A stretch of DNA of 63,272 bases, counting the filler, from Reticulomyxa filosa (taxonomy: Eukaryota; Protista; Foraminifera): assembly GCA_000512085.1 (NCBI GenBank). It is 16 parts of 16 records of this genome, joined end to end, with 100 filler letters (N's around TTAATTAATTAA, not from the genome) between each part and the next. Parts side by side here need not be neighbours in the genome. Positions count along the whole stretch, not along the records: positions 49,333 to 58,280 come from ASPP01013750.1; positions 58,381 to 59,411 come from ASPP01021110.1; positions 59,512 to 61,921 come from ASPP01020310.1; positions 62,022 to 63,272 come from ASPP01028107.1; 12 more parts are not named here. One strand, written 5' to 3'. Positions within the stretch are counted from its first letter, which is position 1; every line of letters starts with the position of its first letter. The position numbers were made by a program, and so were the translations under genes. Positions 51,565-63,272 of the stretch are shown piece by piece. Under the pieces are notes generated by a model. That model was not told the DNA's origin. It was given only the letters and a program-made list of their open reading frames with translations, and did not search any database.

Positions 51565-53949
51565 ATGGCCGCAGGCTGGCTAAAAACACTAACAAATAGT
51601 ACGAACGCGTATTCTGGAGGAACGCAATCGTTATACACACGTTTGCGAAGGTCGGGAAAAAGTATATCAGAAATAAGCGAAGTGATAGGAGAAGAGATCG
51701 AAGTAACAGTATCAAGACAAGAGGACGTGACACGTCAAATAAACGAGCTGAACGCATCGTTGAAGCAAGCAGTGGCAGACCGACAAGAGTTGACATTTCG
51801 AATCCAGACGTTGGACGAAAACAGGCAGTTTCTATTTAAGCAAGCGACGGAGTTGGAATGCAGCATTCAAGAGTTGGAGCAGAAGGAAGAAGAATCGAAA
51901 GCAGAATTGAAGAAAATGGAGGAGAAGAAAGAGAGGGACGAGAAGAGCATAAGAAAAGTGGAGCAGAGTTTGAAGGGCGTGTCAGAGTTGAGAGAGTCGA
52001 TGAAAGAGAAGATACCAAAGATGGAAGATACGTATAATCAATTGGTGCAAAGTCTGGCTGATTTGAAGCGTGAGCACGACAAGTTGTCGGAAGAGATAGC
52101 AGTGTTGATGGCACAAAAGAGTGAAGCCAAGGCCAAGTTGTTATCCCACGCAGCAGCAGCAGCAGCAGCAGCAACAATGACGACGACCTCCCCGCTCACT
52201 AGTCATCCACTGGTCACCCAATCAAAAACGATCTCGACCTCGATGTCACCCAATCCCAATCCTAGTGATGATCTCAATTCCAATCACACAAGTGCAGAGC
52301 AACCAATCACGGTGGACCACGACCAAGTTCCAGCATCCACTACAAGCACATCCACGATCACTGATACAGTAACAGCACGTATGATATCCGAGTCAAAGCA
52401 TGACACCAACAACAAGAACGACAACAACAACGACAACAACGACGAACAACAGCAGCAACAATGGCACATATGGATAGACAAGTTGGACAAAGAGATGGAA
52501 CAGAAGAACGCGTTGCTGGGCAAGCTGTTACTCGACCAAGCGGCGAAGGAGAAGGAGGTATCGTATTTGCGCGACACATTGCAACTGCACCGACAGACAC
52601 GCGACTCGTTGGAGGAGTCGCAGCACGCGTGGTTGGAGCAAAGGGACAGAACGACGGAGGAGCTGAGCTCCATCACGGTGCAGTCGAACGAGCTCGTGCG
52701 CACACTGGCCGCCTTGGACGCGGACAAGGCCAAGCGCAGGCACGAGTTTGCAGAGATCCAAGCGGCACTGGTCAATCTGTCCGCCAAAAAGACGCAGTTT
52801 ATCAACACTATCAAGCTGTTTATGGAGCACGAGAAGGAGACGAACGAGCACGTCAAGGTCTTGCATCGCAACAATCTGAACCTGAAGGCGCGTCAGTTGC
52901 AGTTGGCGCAGGACTTGGAGAGGTTGCAGTTGGAAAAGGAAAAAGAGTTGGAAAGAGAGAAGGAAAAGCAGATGGCATTGTTGGAAGAGCAGAAAGCAAA
53001 GGAACAACAAGGAGAACATAAAATAGAGGAGGATACGCATCAGAAGAAAGAGGAGGAGGAGGAGGAGGACCATTCGCATGATATGACATGCACGGTGGTG
53101 CGACGGGACAATCTGTTGGATGGATGTGGTCTGCTGGCACTATCGAGTACGCGTTTAACGTTTTCGCCCGTTGCCACCAATGGACAGAGTGAAAACGAGA
53201 TGCGAAGCAATGCCGTGGAGATGAATGTGGCCAGCGAAATCGTCGTAACCGAGTACATGGACACCACTGGCAAAAAGCAGAACAAATCATCTGAAAAACA
53301 CGCGACGCATATATTGAAGATAATAACGCGCAAGGATGTAGTATACTTGTTCGAGGCTGTGGATGACCGCGACAATGAACAACTGTTTGCCATCAGTGAA
53401 CGGCTGAAAATGATTCGTGGGTGCAATGTGAGCATTTCCATTAGCTTGACTTTGGAACAGTCGGATATTTTGGAAATAGTGAAACTCAAGGAAATAATGA
53501 GACGCTGTCCTGCCAGGACCAAACTGTGGAACTGGAAGAAATGCTACTCAACCGAACTCCACGGAATTAGCATGATCACGTTTTATGATCGCTGTGCTCA
53601 TGCCGATGAGTCCATCCTCTTACTCAAAGATACCAACCATTGCATCTTTGGCGCCTTTGTTGACGCCCCTTGGATCAGCAGCGATGAGTATCGCGGATCC
53701 ATCGATTGCTTCGTCTGGAAGTTCGATCAAGAAGGTGGCCTTTGCGTTTACAAACCGTCTGGCAGTCATCCCTATTATGTGCGCTCTGATATGTCCTCCA
53801 TTACCATTGGCGGTGGAGAATGTCCTGCTCTTTATCTCGACTCCAATCTCAACTTTGGCCGAACTGACAAATGTCCCACTTTTGACAGTCCTCCTCTCAC
53901 CACTGATAATTTTGCTGTTCTTTGCTTGGAAATCTATGGGGTCGAATAG
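51565..53949 (+). CDS. Coiled-coil + PH/GRAM-like + TLDc domain protein (OXR1/NCOA7-related)
   Basis: Intronless 794 aa; WKKCYSTELHGISMITFY..LLLKDTNHCIFGAF..YRGSIDCFVW..IGGG..ALYLDSNLNFG..CPTFDSPPL. Confidence 0.92.
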   Translation: MAAGWLKTLTNSTNAYSGGTQSLYTRLRRSGKSISEISEVIGEEIEVTVSRQEDVTRQINELNASLKQAVADRQELTFRIQTLDENRQFLFKQATELECSIQELEQKEEESKAELKKMEEKKERDEKSIRKVEQSLKGVSELRESMKEKIPKMEDTYNQLVQSLADLKREHDKLSEEIAVLMAQKSEAKAKLLSHAAAAAAAATMTTTSPLTSHPLVTQSKTISTSMSPNPNPSDDLNSNHTSAEQPITVDHDQVPASTTSTSTITDTVTARMISESKHDTNNKNDNNNDNNDEQQQQQWHIWIDKLDKEMEQKNALLGKLLLDQAAKEKEVSYLRDTLQLHRQTRDSLEESQHAWLEQRDRTTEELSSITVQSNELVRTLAALDADKAKRRHEFAEIQAALVNLSAKKTQFINTIKLFMEHEKETNEHVKVLHRNNLNLKARQLQLAQDLERLQLEKEKELEREKEKQMALLEEQKAKEQQGEHKIEEDTHQKKEEEEEEDHSHDMTCTVVRRDNLLDGCGLLALSSTRLTFSPVATNGQSENEMRSNAVEMNVASEIVVTEYMDTTGKKQNKSSEKHATHILKIITRKDVVYLFEAVDDRDNEQLFAISERLKMIRGCNVSISISLTLEQSDILEIVKLKEIMRRCPARTKLWNWKKCYSTELHGISMITFYDRCAHADESILLLKDTNHCIFGAFVDAPWISSDEYRGSIDCFVWKFDQEGGLCVYKPSGSHPYYVRSDMSSITIGGGECPALYLDSNLNFGRTDKCPTFDSPPLTTDNFAVLCLEIYGVE

Positions 53950-55954
53950 AGAGTGAGAAATAATTTTTTTTTAAAAAAAAAAAACATTGTTGTTTCTCTC
54001 GATTTTTAGTTGAATTTGGAGTAGTGTGTACCTTTCAAGAACTATGACAAACAAGCGACTCAAATGATATCGTAACATCTCATGTGATCGTGGTTTCAAC
54101 AAGATGGTTATTGCAACTACAAATATAACTTCTGTGATTTATCGATTGAATTGATCACATTCCTTTCAATCTATATCATGGAATAAGTAATCATATTCCT
54201 TTATTTCTTTCATTTTCAGTTTTTCCCCTCATAAACAATTTTTCTTTTGTTTATTTTTCTGTTTTTATGTTTTGTTTTTCTTTGTCAAATTAATACTTCC
54301 TTTTTCCAAAAAAAAAAAAAAGAATACCAAAATAAAAATATTATTGTTTTACACCATTTTTTAAGACGGGTGAGGTATATTTTGCTGAAAGCTAAACTAG
54401 TTGGAAGCAAAAAACTTACTTTTTATACGATAACAAATGGCCTTTCAATAAAATGGAACAAGTCATGTATTATAGTTGTGTTCTGAAAAAAATAATAAAA
54501 AGTTATCCAAAAAATCCGCAATAGTAACAACAGAACCCACCTAATTTTTCAATGGCGTATCACATACATGCGCGAGTCAAGTATGTAAAGTTTTCCACCA
54601 GCATAAGTAATCAAGAGATGCACAATAATACAATTTATTCTTGCATTTGCATCGATTTGGCACCACAAACACAATGTTATATCTGCATACTTGTACAAAC
54701 TGAGAATAATCTGTCAGAAATTCAACTAATCTACATATTTATCACAAGTTTTGAAGTTGCTTTATTTGTTAAGCCACAGCTTTGTCAATTTGTTACAAAA
54801 GTATTTTTTTTAATTGGAATTGTTATATACTTTTGTCTAACAAACAAAGGGTCTAATTGTTATTGTTCTCTCATGTAAAAGATATTTTCACAAAACTGTA
54901 ATCAATTTTTTTCAAAAATAAAGTATTTTATAAAAATTAGTAAAAAGAATTACAATGCAAGTAAAATGAAGATTATATATGCATATACAATCTTTTTCTT
55001 TGATCAATCAATGATTATTTACATAAAAAAAAAGTATATAAATGAAATGACATTGACTTGGGTAACAATTAGTTATATTTTCACGACATGAAATTAATTC
55101 TGAAATTTCATTTATATGTCTTGACTAAATAACATAAATCACACTTTTTAATATGAAAGTGTCATATTTGGAACAAAAGTTAGCAAAATTACTTTCTGTT
55201 TTGTAAGAAAACAAAGTAAAATATTATTCTAATTTTTTTCTATATAAAGAAATGAAAACAGAATAATAACACGTGGAATTGAATATATTGAAATTTGTTT
55301 ATATTTAATATTAATCATTTTCTTTCTACTTTCGACATATTTTCAAGTTTTCATTTTTTCTGTAGCAGTTAATACTTTGCTCGAATTTAGCCCTTGGCTT
55401 ATCCAAATTCAATCTTCAAAGTTATTTTTTGCAATTGAAAAAATGTAGCTAATTCATAAAATACTGTCTGCTTACATCGGCAATTACATTCTTATTCTTC
55501 AAAAGGGAACATCTGACGTTATGCTTTTCATTTGTTTGATTTATGAGCGCGTCAAATTCAAACGGAATTGTTTCATCAATTCCTTCCAAGAAAATATTAT
55601 ATTGAAGCTGTTAATATACACTCTGAATATAATGCAAAACATGTTATCACAAAACTAGAATCTAAATATTTCAAAATTTGTTTAATCTTTAAAAAATTGA
55701 TTGAGATTTGTCAAAATGCTATTTTTCATACAAACGCAAGCCCAAGGGAAAAAATAAATGTAATTAGCTATTGATGTAATGTCTTTGCAAAAAAAAATGT
55801 TAAATGCGATATTTTTTTTAGTAATCACCAGCCGAACATGTACAAAAAAAGCTCTACAAACAGAGCCGAAGGGAAAGGGAAAAAAACTTGCTGCTTTGGT
55901 TGTTTTGGTTTTTAGCTTCCGATTTTCATTCTTGTTAACTCAAAAGAAAAAAAC

Positions 55955-57270
<1,316 letters not shown>

Positions 57271-57829
57271 TAAAAAATAACATGGTTGAAGGTGTTTTGT
57301 AAAAACGTTTTTCAAGTGTCAATTAAGTAACTCTTTTGTCTTTGAAATTCAGTTGAAATGTGCTCTTTTAAAAATTGCGCAGAAATAGAAATTCGAAAAA
57401 CTTTCGAAGGCTTTTTTTTCTGGAACAATTTTTTTTGTTCAATCGCACTTGTGCTACATTTTTAAAATCGGAAACCGGAATCACAAAAAAAATCCTCGAT
57501 GATTATTAATTTGAAAAATTAGGTTTCCACAGGACACAAATATCTGTTAATTTTTTTATTTGTGCCGTGACAACTTATAAAGATTTTTGTTCCACACGCT
57601 TCATAGAAACTTTATCAGTAAAATTTAAGAATGTCTCAAATAAATCGAACATTGCTCGGACCACGCCAATAAATGATAAATTATATTTGATGTTGGATGT
57701 TATTTACCATCATCAATTCATTACAACAATAATGACTTTTATGGAAATTAAAGTAGAGGAGAAAAGTAAATGGAAAAATATTTTTATTGTGCTTTTAATA
57801 CAAGGCCAAAACGTAATAAATGATGAATA

Positions 57830-57925
57830 TGAAAAATTATTAGATCCAAATCCTTTAAACTTGCATTGCTTATAGATGGCAATAAAATTATATCTGTGCC
57901 TTGGCTTATGGATGAATGTTTGATC
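57830..57925 (+). pseudogene. Possible BRCT fragment
   Basis: IIRSKSFKLALLIDGNKIISVPWLMDECL resembles a BRCT C-terminal half. Confidence 0.35.
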
Positions 57926-58714
57926 ATGATTGAATTTGTTTGTGCGTATTCCAAGACACGATATGGTGATAAAATGTTTTTTATTTGAATTCATTTTATT
58001 TTTTTCTTTGCTTGTTTACTATTTTGCTCGTTCCAAATTTGTTTCTGTACAAAACGAGTGATGTAAATCCACTTTTTGCAATGCTCTTGCTTTAGATGTT
58101 ATCAACAATTAAGTTTTAACTCACTCCAAAGTTTCCTTTTTTACTTCATTTCACGACCTTTTTTTTGTTTCCAGTTTAGATCAACCTCTTGAATTCATCA
58201 TCTTTTTTAAAAAGCAAAAAACATGGTTAAATGATAAAAAAAATTTTCTGCTCATAACTGCAACCAAAAGCTTACGAAGGNNNNNNNNNNNNNNNNNNNN
58301 NNNNNNNNNNNNNNNNNNNNNNNNTTAATTAATTAANNNNNNNNNNNNNNNNNNNNNNNNNNNNNNNNNNNNNNNNNNNNGAATGATCTAAACATTAAAT
58401 TTTAAAAATCCAAAAAAGATATTCGATTCAAAAATCAAATTAATCAAGGTAAAAAACAAAATAATCACAATATCTTTTATGCATCACAGAAAATGATGTA
58501 AAATTGTAAAATATAATAAAGATAATTAATTTTTAAAGAAAATAATATTGAAGTTAATAAATTTTGACAATTTTTGATCATTCAAAGTAATGAAAATAAA
58601 CTTAACTCCTGAAAGTTCAACTATCTATCAATAAATATCTCTGATGAATGCGAATAGCAGAAGTGGATTTGGTAGACTTTCTTTTGTGGGTGCCGCACAA
58701 ATCTGATTGGCGGA

Positions 58715-58975
58715 GTGGATTGTGACAATATGATAAGACAATTGATGAAGGCAAGAAACAATAAGCCCTGGAAAGAGATGGATCTGCAAGCGAGTGAAAT
58801 CAAAAAGCTTTACGTGAAAGCGAAAGAGATTTTGTTGGAATATTCAATGCTACTGGACATCATCATCAATCTGATCAAAATTATCAGCGACATATACGAC
58901 CAGTTTTTCAAATTTTTGCGTTTGTTCGAATTGAGCGATGTTCCTCTGTCAACGAGCTATATTTTCTTATGTTAA
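58715..58975 (+). pseudogene. Protein phosphatase 1 catalytic subunit, decayed N-terminal fragment
   Basis: IRQLMKARNNKPWK..EIKKLYVKAKEILL..SDIYDQF..LRLFE..YIFL; GDIHGQ motif destroyed. Confidence 0.85.
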
Positions 58976-59059
58976 AAAAAAAAAGTAATATATCAACTTT
59001 TTCTTCTCCTAAAAATCTTTTTTATAACAAATTTAATGTATCTTGTGTGAGAAAAAGAA

Positions 59060-59411
59060 GATACTAAATAAAGTGGATCTCTTAGAAGATTCACAAATAG
59101 GAAAAATAACATTGATGGTAAAGTATATTGGGAATCGATATGACGAAGATTACATAAAAACTCTGATCGCGTTTTTTAATGCAATGTTGTGCCACTATTA
59201 TATAAACTTACCAAACATAAATTGAAAAAAACAATAGGGAGTTAATTTTATGGAAAAGACAATCCACTCAAAAAATGTGGATGTAGATATATCGATATGT
59301 GATTTAGGTGGTCAAAAAGACTTTAGCATATTAATGCCATTAGTATGCAGTAAAGTCAAAGTAGTGTTATTTGCATTTCAATCTTTACATTCTGTGAAGA
59401 CATTGTATAAA
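59060..59411 (+). pseudogene. Spg1/Tem1 GTPase, decayed fragment retaining an intron
   Basis: KVDLLEDSQIGKITLMVKYI..YDEDYIKTL|GVNFMEKTI..DLGGQKDF..MPLVC. Confidence 0.85.
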
Positions 59412-59604
59412 NNNNNNNNNNNNNNNNNNNNNNNNNNNNNNNNNNNNNNNNNNNNTTAATTAATTAANNNNNNNNNNNNNNNNNNNNNNNNNNNNNNNNN
59501 NNNNNNNNNNNAAAAAATCTTTCTCAGCAAACTTTTGCACTCTCTTGCTCAATGTCAAAAAGTCCAACAAAACTTTTGATTAAAAATTTTCAAAAAAAAA
59601 AAGA

Positions 59605-59680
59605 AACTTGGCAGTAGCTGAACGTGGACAACAACCGTCAATAACAATTTATGACACCCAAGCATTAAGTAAAAAAAAAT
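59605..59680 (+). pseudogene. CFAP57/WDR65-like WD40 fragment
   Basis: LAVAERGQQPSITIYDTQALSKK resembles the CFAP57 LAVAE.GEKP.ITIYD segment (from recall). Confidence 0.5.
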
Positions 59681-60224
59681 GATTTCAATGCTATCGACAG
59701 TACGTGTGAATAAAACATTGAAGTAAAGATGGTTTGCAGAATTTAAATAAAACGGGGCTGCAAGTATGATTCATTCCAAGTAATAAACCTTGACTTTTTG
59801 TCTTAAAGATCAAAAAATGCAAAAGAACAATATTTTTAAACTGTGGCAAGGAATACATATATAATACAAATTAAAGACTCCATAATTTAAATATTAATAA
59901 GGCTCACATTTTCTACTTGACTTTTCGAATTTTGCATTTGTATTTTGTTACAAATTTGCAAATAATAATAATTGTTTTGATAATTATCATTTGTCAAAAG
60001 AGAAAATTGAAATCAAGATTTTGCAATAAAATAATGTATTTGTATGAATTTAACTAATAAAAATATTTTTTAATTTTGAGATTATGATATTTTTAACTTG
60101 CCAATAAATTTTTAGTATTTTCAATTGTTGACCTTTCTTTGTTCAACTTGGAAGAAAAAAAGGTGTTTATTTTCGAAATTCCTCTGAGAAAAGAAATGTA
60201 TTTTGTTTGGATACACTAAAAAGA

Positions 60225-60471
60225 ATGCTCGCTTTTACATTTATTCGAAAGAACAAATAGTTTGTCAATGAAAAGAAAGTGATTTTTTTGTTCCAAGGAA
60301 GCAAAGTAACACAGACACACCGAATATGAAGTGTACGTAGCATTGTCAAGAGTCAGATCCTTTCAAGGACGACCCATTTTATCAACAAGTTTGGCAGTAA
60401 TATTAAAAAATGTGTATAGTTTTCACCCTTTTTTCGGTAGTGTGCTATAACATCCCTACCCGGAGAGTAGT
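60225..60471 (+). mobile_element. PIF1-helicase C-terminal remnant followed by a hairpin; possible Helitron 3' end
   Basis: VYVALSRVRSFQG at 60331-60369; imperfect hairpin at about 60432-60466; GTAG|T at 60467-60471. Confidence 0.5.
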
Positions 60472-61015
60472 CCTGTTTGTAATTATTATTATTATTCACA
60501 CTTTTGATTACTGATTAAAAACCTGTTATAATTCATTTTGTAAATTAACTTTGAATGAAATATGATAGATTAAAAGTAAAAACTTTTTTCATGATTTGCC
60601 CACAGCTTAGCCTAAAATATCTTATCTAAATACGAGACATTTGTTAAATTTTCTTCTATCTTTTTTTTGATCACAAGTGTTATCACAGTCTTGCGAGAGT
60701 TTAGAATTGCAAGAGAGCAATACAATGGAAACAGATAGTACTTTGCTTGGTCAATGACAAAGTGAACTTCAAGTTCAATCGAAAAGATGAAAGACACAAA
60801 CAAATTAATGTTTACAATAAATTGTAAGTGTATTACAAGTATGACGTCGTATTGCGATTAAAGCATAATCGGATAAATAATAAATCAACTTGACATTGTG
60901 GACTATGAAGCGAGTACTTTTCGCTTTGAAGGATTATAACAACATTAAGTTTGCAAATTTGTATTTTGAAATTATTTAGGTGTAATGTAAATTAATTAAT
61001 AAGTGAGGAAACAAA

Positions 61016-61422
61016 TTACTCAAAATAGTTTTGTCCTTCTTTCAAAGTCATCCAAGCCTCGGTAGCGTTCAGCGATAAGTTATATCTCAAGCTGTCAATA
61101 TAAATCCACTCCATAGCTTTTGCTGGAGAAAGGCTTTGCAATAGTGGTATCCTGCCGCTGATCGGACCCGATAATTAATTGGAGTTCGCAGCATGGGGGA
61201 TCTCACTTCCAAGTAAGGACTATTGGTTTTGCAGTCTATAACTTGGACATATCGCATTCGTGTCCAAATCCACACGGGGCCATCATTCAAAGGACCAATG
61301 TCTTTTCCCATCACCATTTTCTCACCGACGTTGTAATAACGTGTCAATGTTTTGGAATCTATTATTATTATGTGAACATTGTGCGGGTGTGTGTGCGTCA
61401 ATGGCAACATGCCGACAAAATC

Positions 61423-61454
<32 letters not shown>

Positions 61455-61888
61455 GTGCGAAGTTTTTACGAACACTACACATCCAACCTGCATTTTGTAA
61501 GGCCCAATCCAATGCATACTGATTGATTTGTGCACAATTACTTCCTCCATCCAATTCGGTAAAGTTGGCCTGCGACTCAGGTACTCCGGCGTAAATCCAA
61601 ATTTTTTGACGACTACTCATCTTGGTTTTGATCTCAATGGCCGCAGTTGACTCAAACCCACTATCCAAATTGTCCAAGTACGAGTAGCTATTTTCCGAGA
61701 CAGTGGTGGTGTTCAGCACGCAAGGAGGGCCATACGGGTCCTGGCATTTCGAATACACGTGAGCTAAATGAACTGGATTGACCTGTTGCACAGGATGAAA
61801 CGAATCTGTATCGTTGATTGTCACCGTGCTGTTCACAGGCAAAGTGCCCATCACATTTTGGCTTATTTCACGTGACCATGGATTGCCA

Positions 61889-61890
<2 letters not shown>
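61016..61890 (-). CDS. Conserved protein C-terminal region, probably alpha/beta-hydrolase-associated; 5' truncated
   Basis: AAIEIKTKMSSRQ..CAQINQYALDWA..GPVWIW..GYHYCK/LSPAKAMEWIYIDSLR, with a 1-nt frameshift near 61133. Confidence 0.65.
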
Positions 61891-61921
<31 letters not shown>

Positions 61922-62021
61922 NNNNNNNNNNNNNNNNNNNNNNNNNNNNNNNNNNNNNNNNNNNNTTAATTAATTAANNNNNNNNNNNNNNNNNNNNNNN
62001 NNNNNNNNNNNNNNNNNNNNN

Positions 62022-63272
62022 TATGAACCAGATTATGCCACTAGTTTAGATTTTGAAGTATTTCTGCCTATCAAACCAGTTGGTCGCAAGGCATTGCTGC
62101 AAAAATTGAGTTATTGAATGCATCGGTCTCATTAGTAACATCACTTTGTTTTCTTTTAATGCAATTCTCAAATACTCTTTACAATTATCCTCTTTATTAT
62201 ATATAGACTCTTATCAAACGCTTTTTGACAGAAACTTGTAGATTCTTTATTACCATTTGTATCTAATCTCCTTGTTTTATGCAATCTGTTGTATTTCTTG
62301 ATACTTCTACACTATCCATCACATCCACTATTAAGCTGCATGATTGCGAACTTTGTATCTTTTGCTTATTTGTCTTATATTTTGTGCACATTATCAAATA
62401 TTTTATTTGTTTATTCCATTTTGCTAATGCTATGTCTGATATTTGCTCTAATAATTGCAACATATTATATTCTTCCATTGTTCTGTATATGTCTATTGAT
62501 TAGCTCGTATATTTCCTTTAATGTATAATTTGTAGTAACTTCTTAGCATATTCATTTTCATTTATAATTTTGTACCACATCTTTTCCATACTTGCTTTTA
62601 GGGGTGGTATCCATATCAGCAATCTCATTGCAGCGTATCTTGTTGTTATATATGTTCACATTATTTTTGTTAAAATTTTATGTTGGAGTATCAATCTTCT
62701 TCATCCAGGTATTATTCGGTTTGTTATTTGTGTTCCGTACTCCATTATCTGCCTTATAACCTGTTTATAGTATTGAATCTGTATTTCAACTGGAAACTTT
62801 CATCATATAATACCTTGTAACTTGTTGTCTTTGTTTATTGCCACTTCACACTGTTTATTCCATTGAAAGTTTTTCAGATCAAATATTATTTCTATGTATT
62901 TGAATTCTTTCGTTTCCACGGGTAGTAATCGGTGTTCTAGCTTTATTTCCTTTTTTTGATTTATTAATGTTAATGTGCTATTTTTTAAATTTATTTTCAA
63001 TTTTCATTTGTTGCAATAGTCTTGTAGTATTTAATATGTCATCTAGTTTTTAGTTTATGCCCATATTACCAAGTTATCCACATATGATATGCATTTTGAT
63101 TGTTATTCATTGTCCTTTATTATTGTAATCAAGTCATTTATACATACTAAAAATGATGCAACTTATCATATATTCTTGTCTATTTCCTCTTTCTACATTT
63201 ATAATTTTTACTATATATCATTGATTTCAGGTATACTTTGCCCTTTATTCAGTATCGTATACAATAATTGTA
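62022..63272 (-). mobile_element. Decayed non-LTR (LINE) retrotransposon, RT C-terminal half
   Basis: ISYVDNLVIW (YADD equivalent), KINLKNS..EFKYIEIIFD..W, YKQVIRQIMEYG; many stops and frameshifts. Confidence 0.85.

Noticed and set aside
51836-53522. Long antisense and alternative-frame ORFs over the TLDc gene and other genes
   Set aside because: Shadow ORFs of GC-richer, low-complexity coding sequence with no motifs.

Overview
This window is not one locus. It is 16 short AT-rich contigs joined by artificial 100-nt spacers (44 N + TTAATTAATTAA + 44 N), so neighbourhood is only meaningful within a contig. Nearly all of it is intron-containing eukaryotic DNA, and many frameshifts sit in homopolymer runs, which suggests sequencing errors. 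The WD40/Kelch/HEAT family signatures suggest the foraminiferan Reticulomyxa filosa (inference from recalled family motifs). Recognisable genes: CAMK-type kinase, Ras-family GTPase, fimbrin-like protein, F-box protein, multi-cold-shock-domain protein, tubulin cofactor A, atypical MAPK, spastin, degenerate kinesin, RING/TRAF protein, tandem-BRCT protein, twinfilin, TLDc protein and cathepsin L. There are also many decayed gene fragments, a Tc1 transposon, a fold-back MITE, a possible Helitron end, a LINE remnant and one bacterial contig (NlpC/P60 flanked by copper-resistance-like genes). The best candidate for an undescribed system is a large protein with a HEAT solenoid, ankyrin repeats and a C-terminal domain carrying CE-clan protease H-D-Q-C geometry. 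It shows recently duplicated repeat units and has a decayed paralog next to it, suggesting a diversifying sensor-protease family. Also notable are introns with A-rich 3' ends and GTT-type donors, a 10-nt micro-exon and a switch-dead kinesin.
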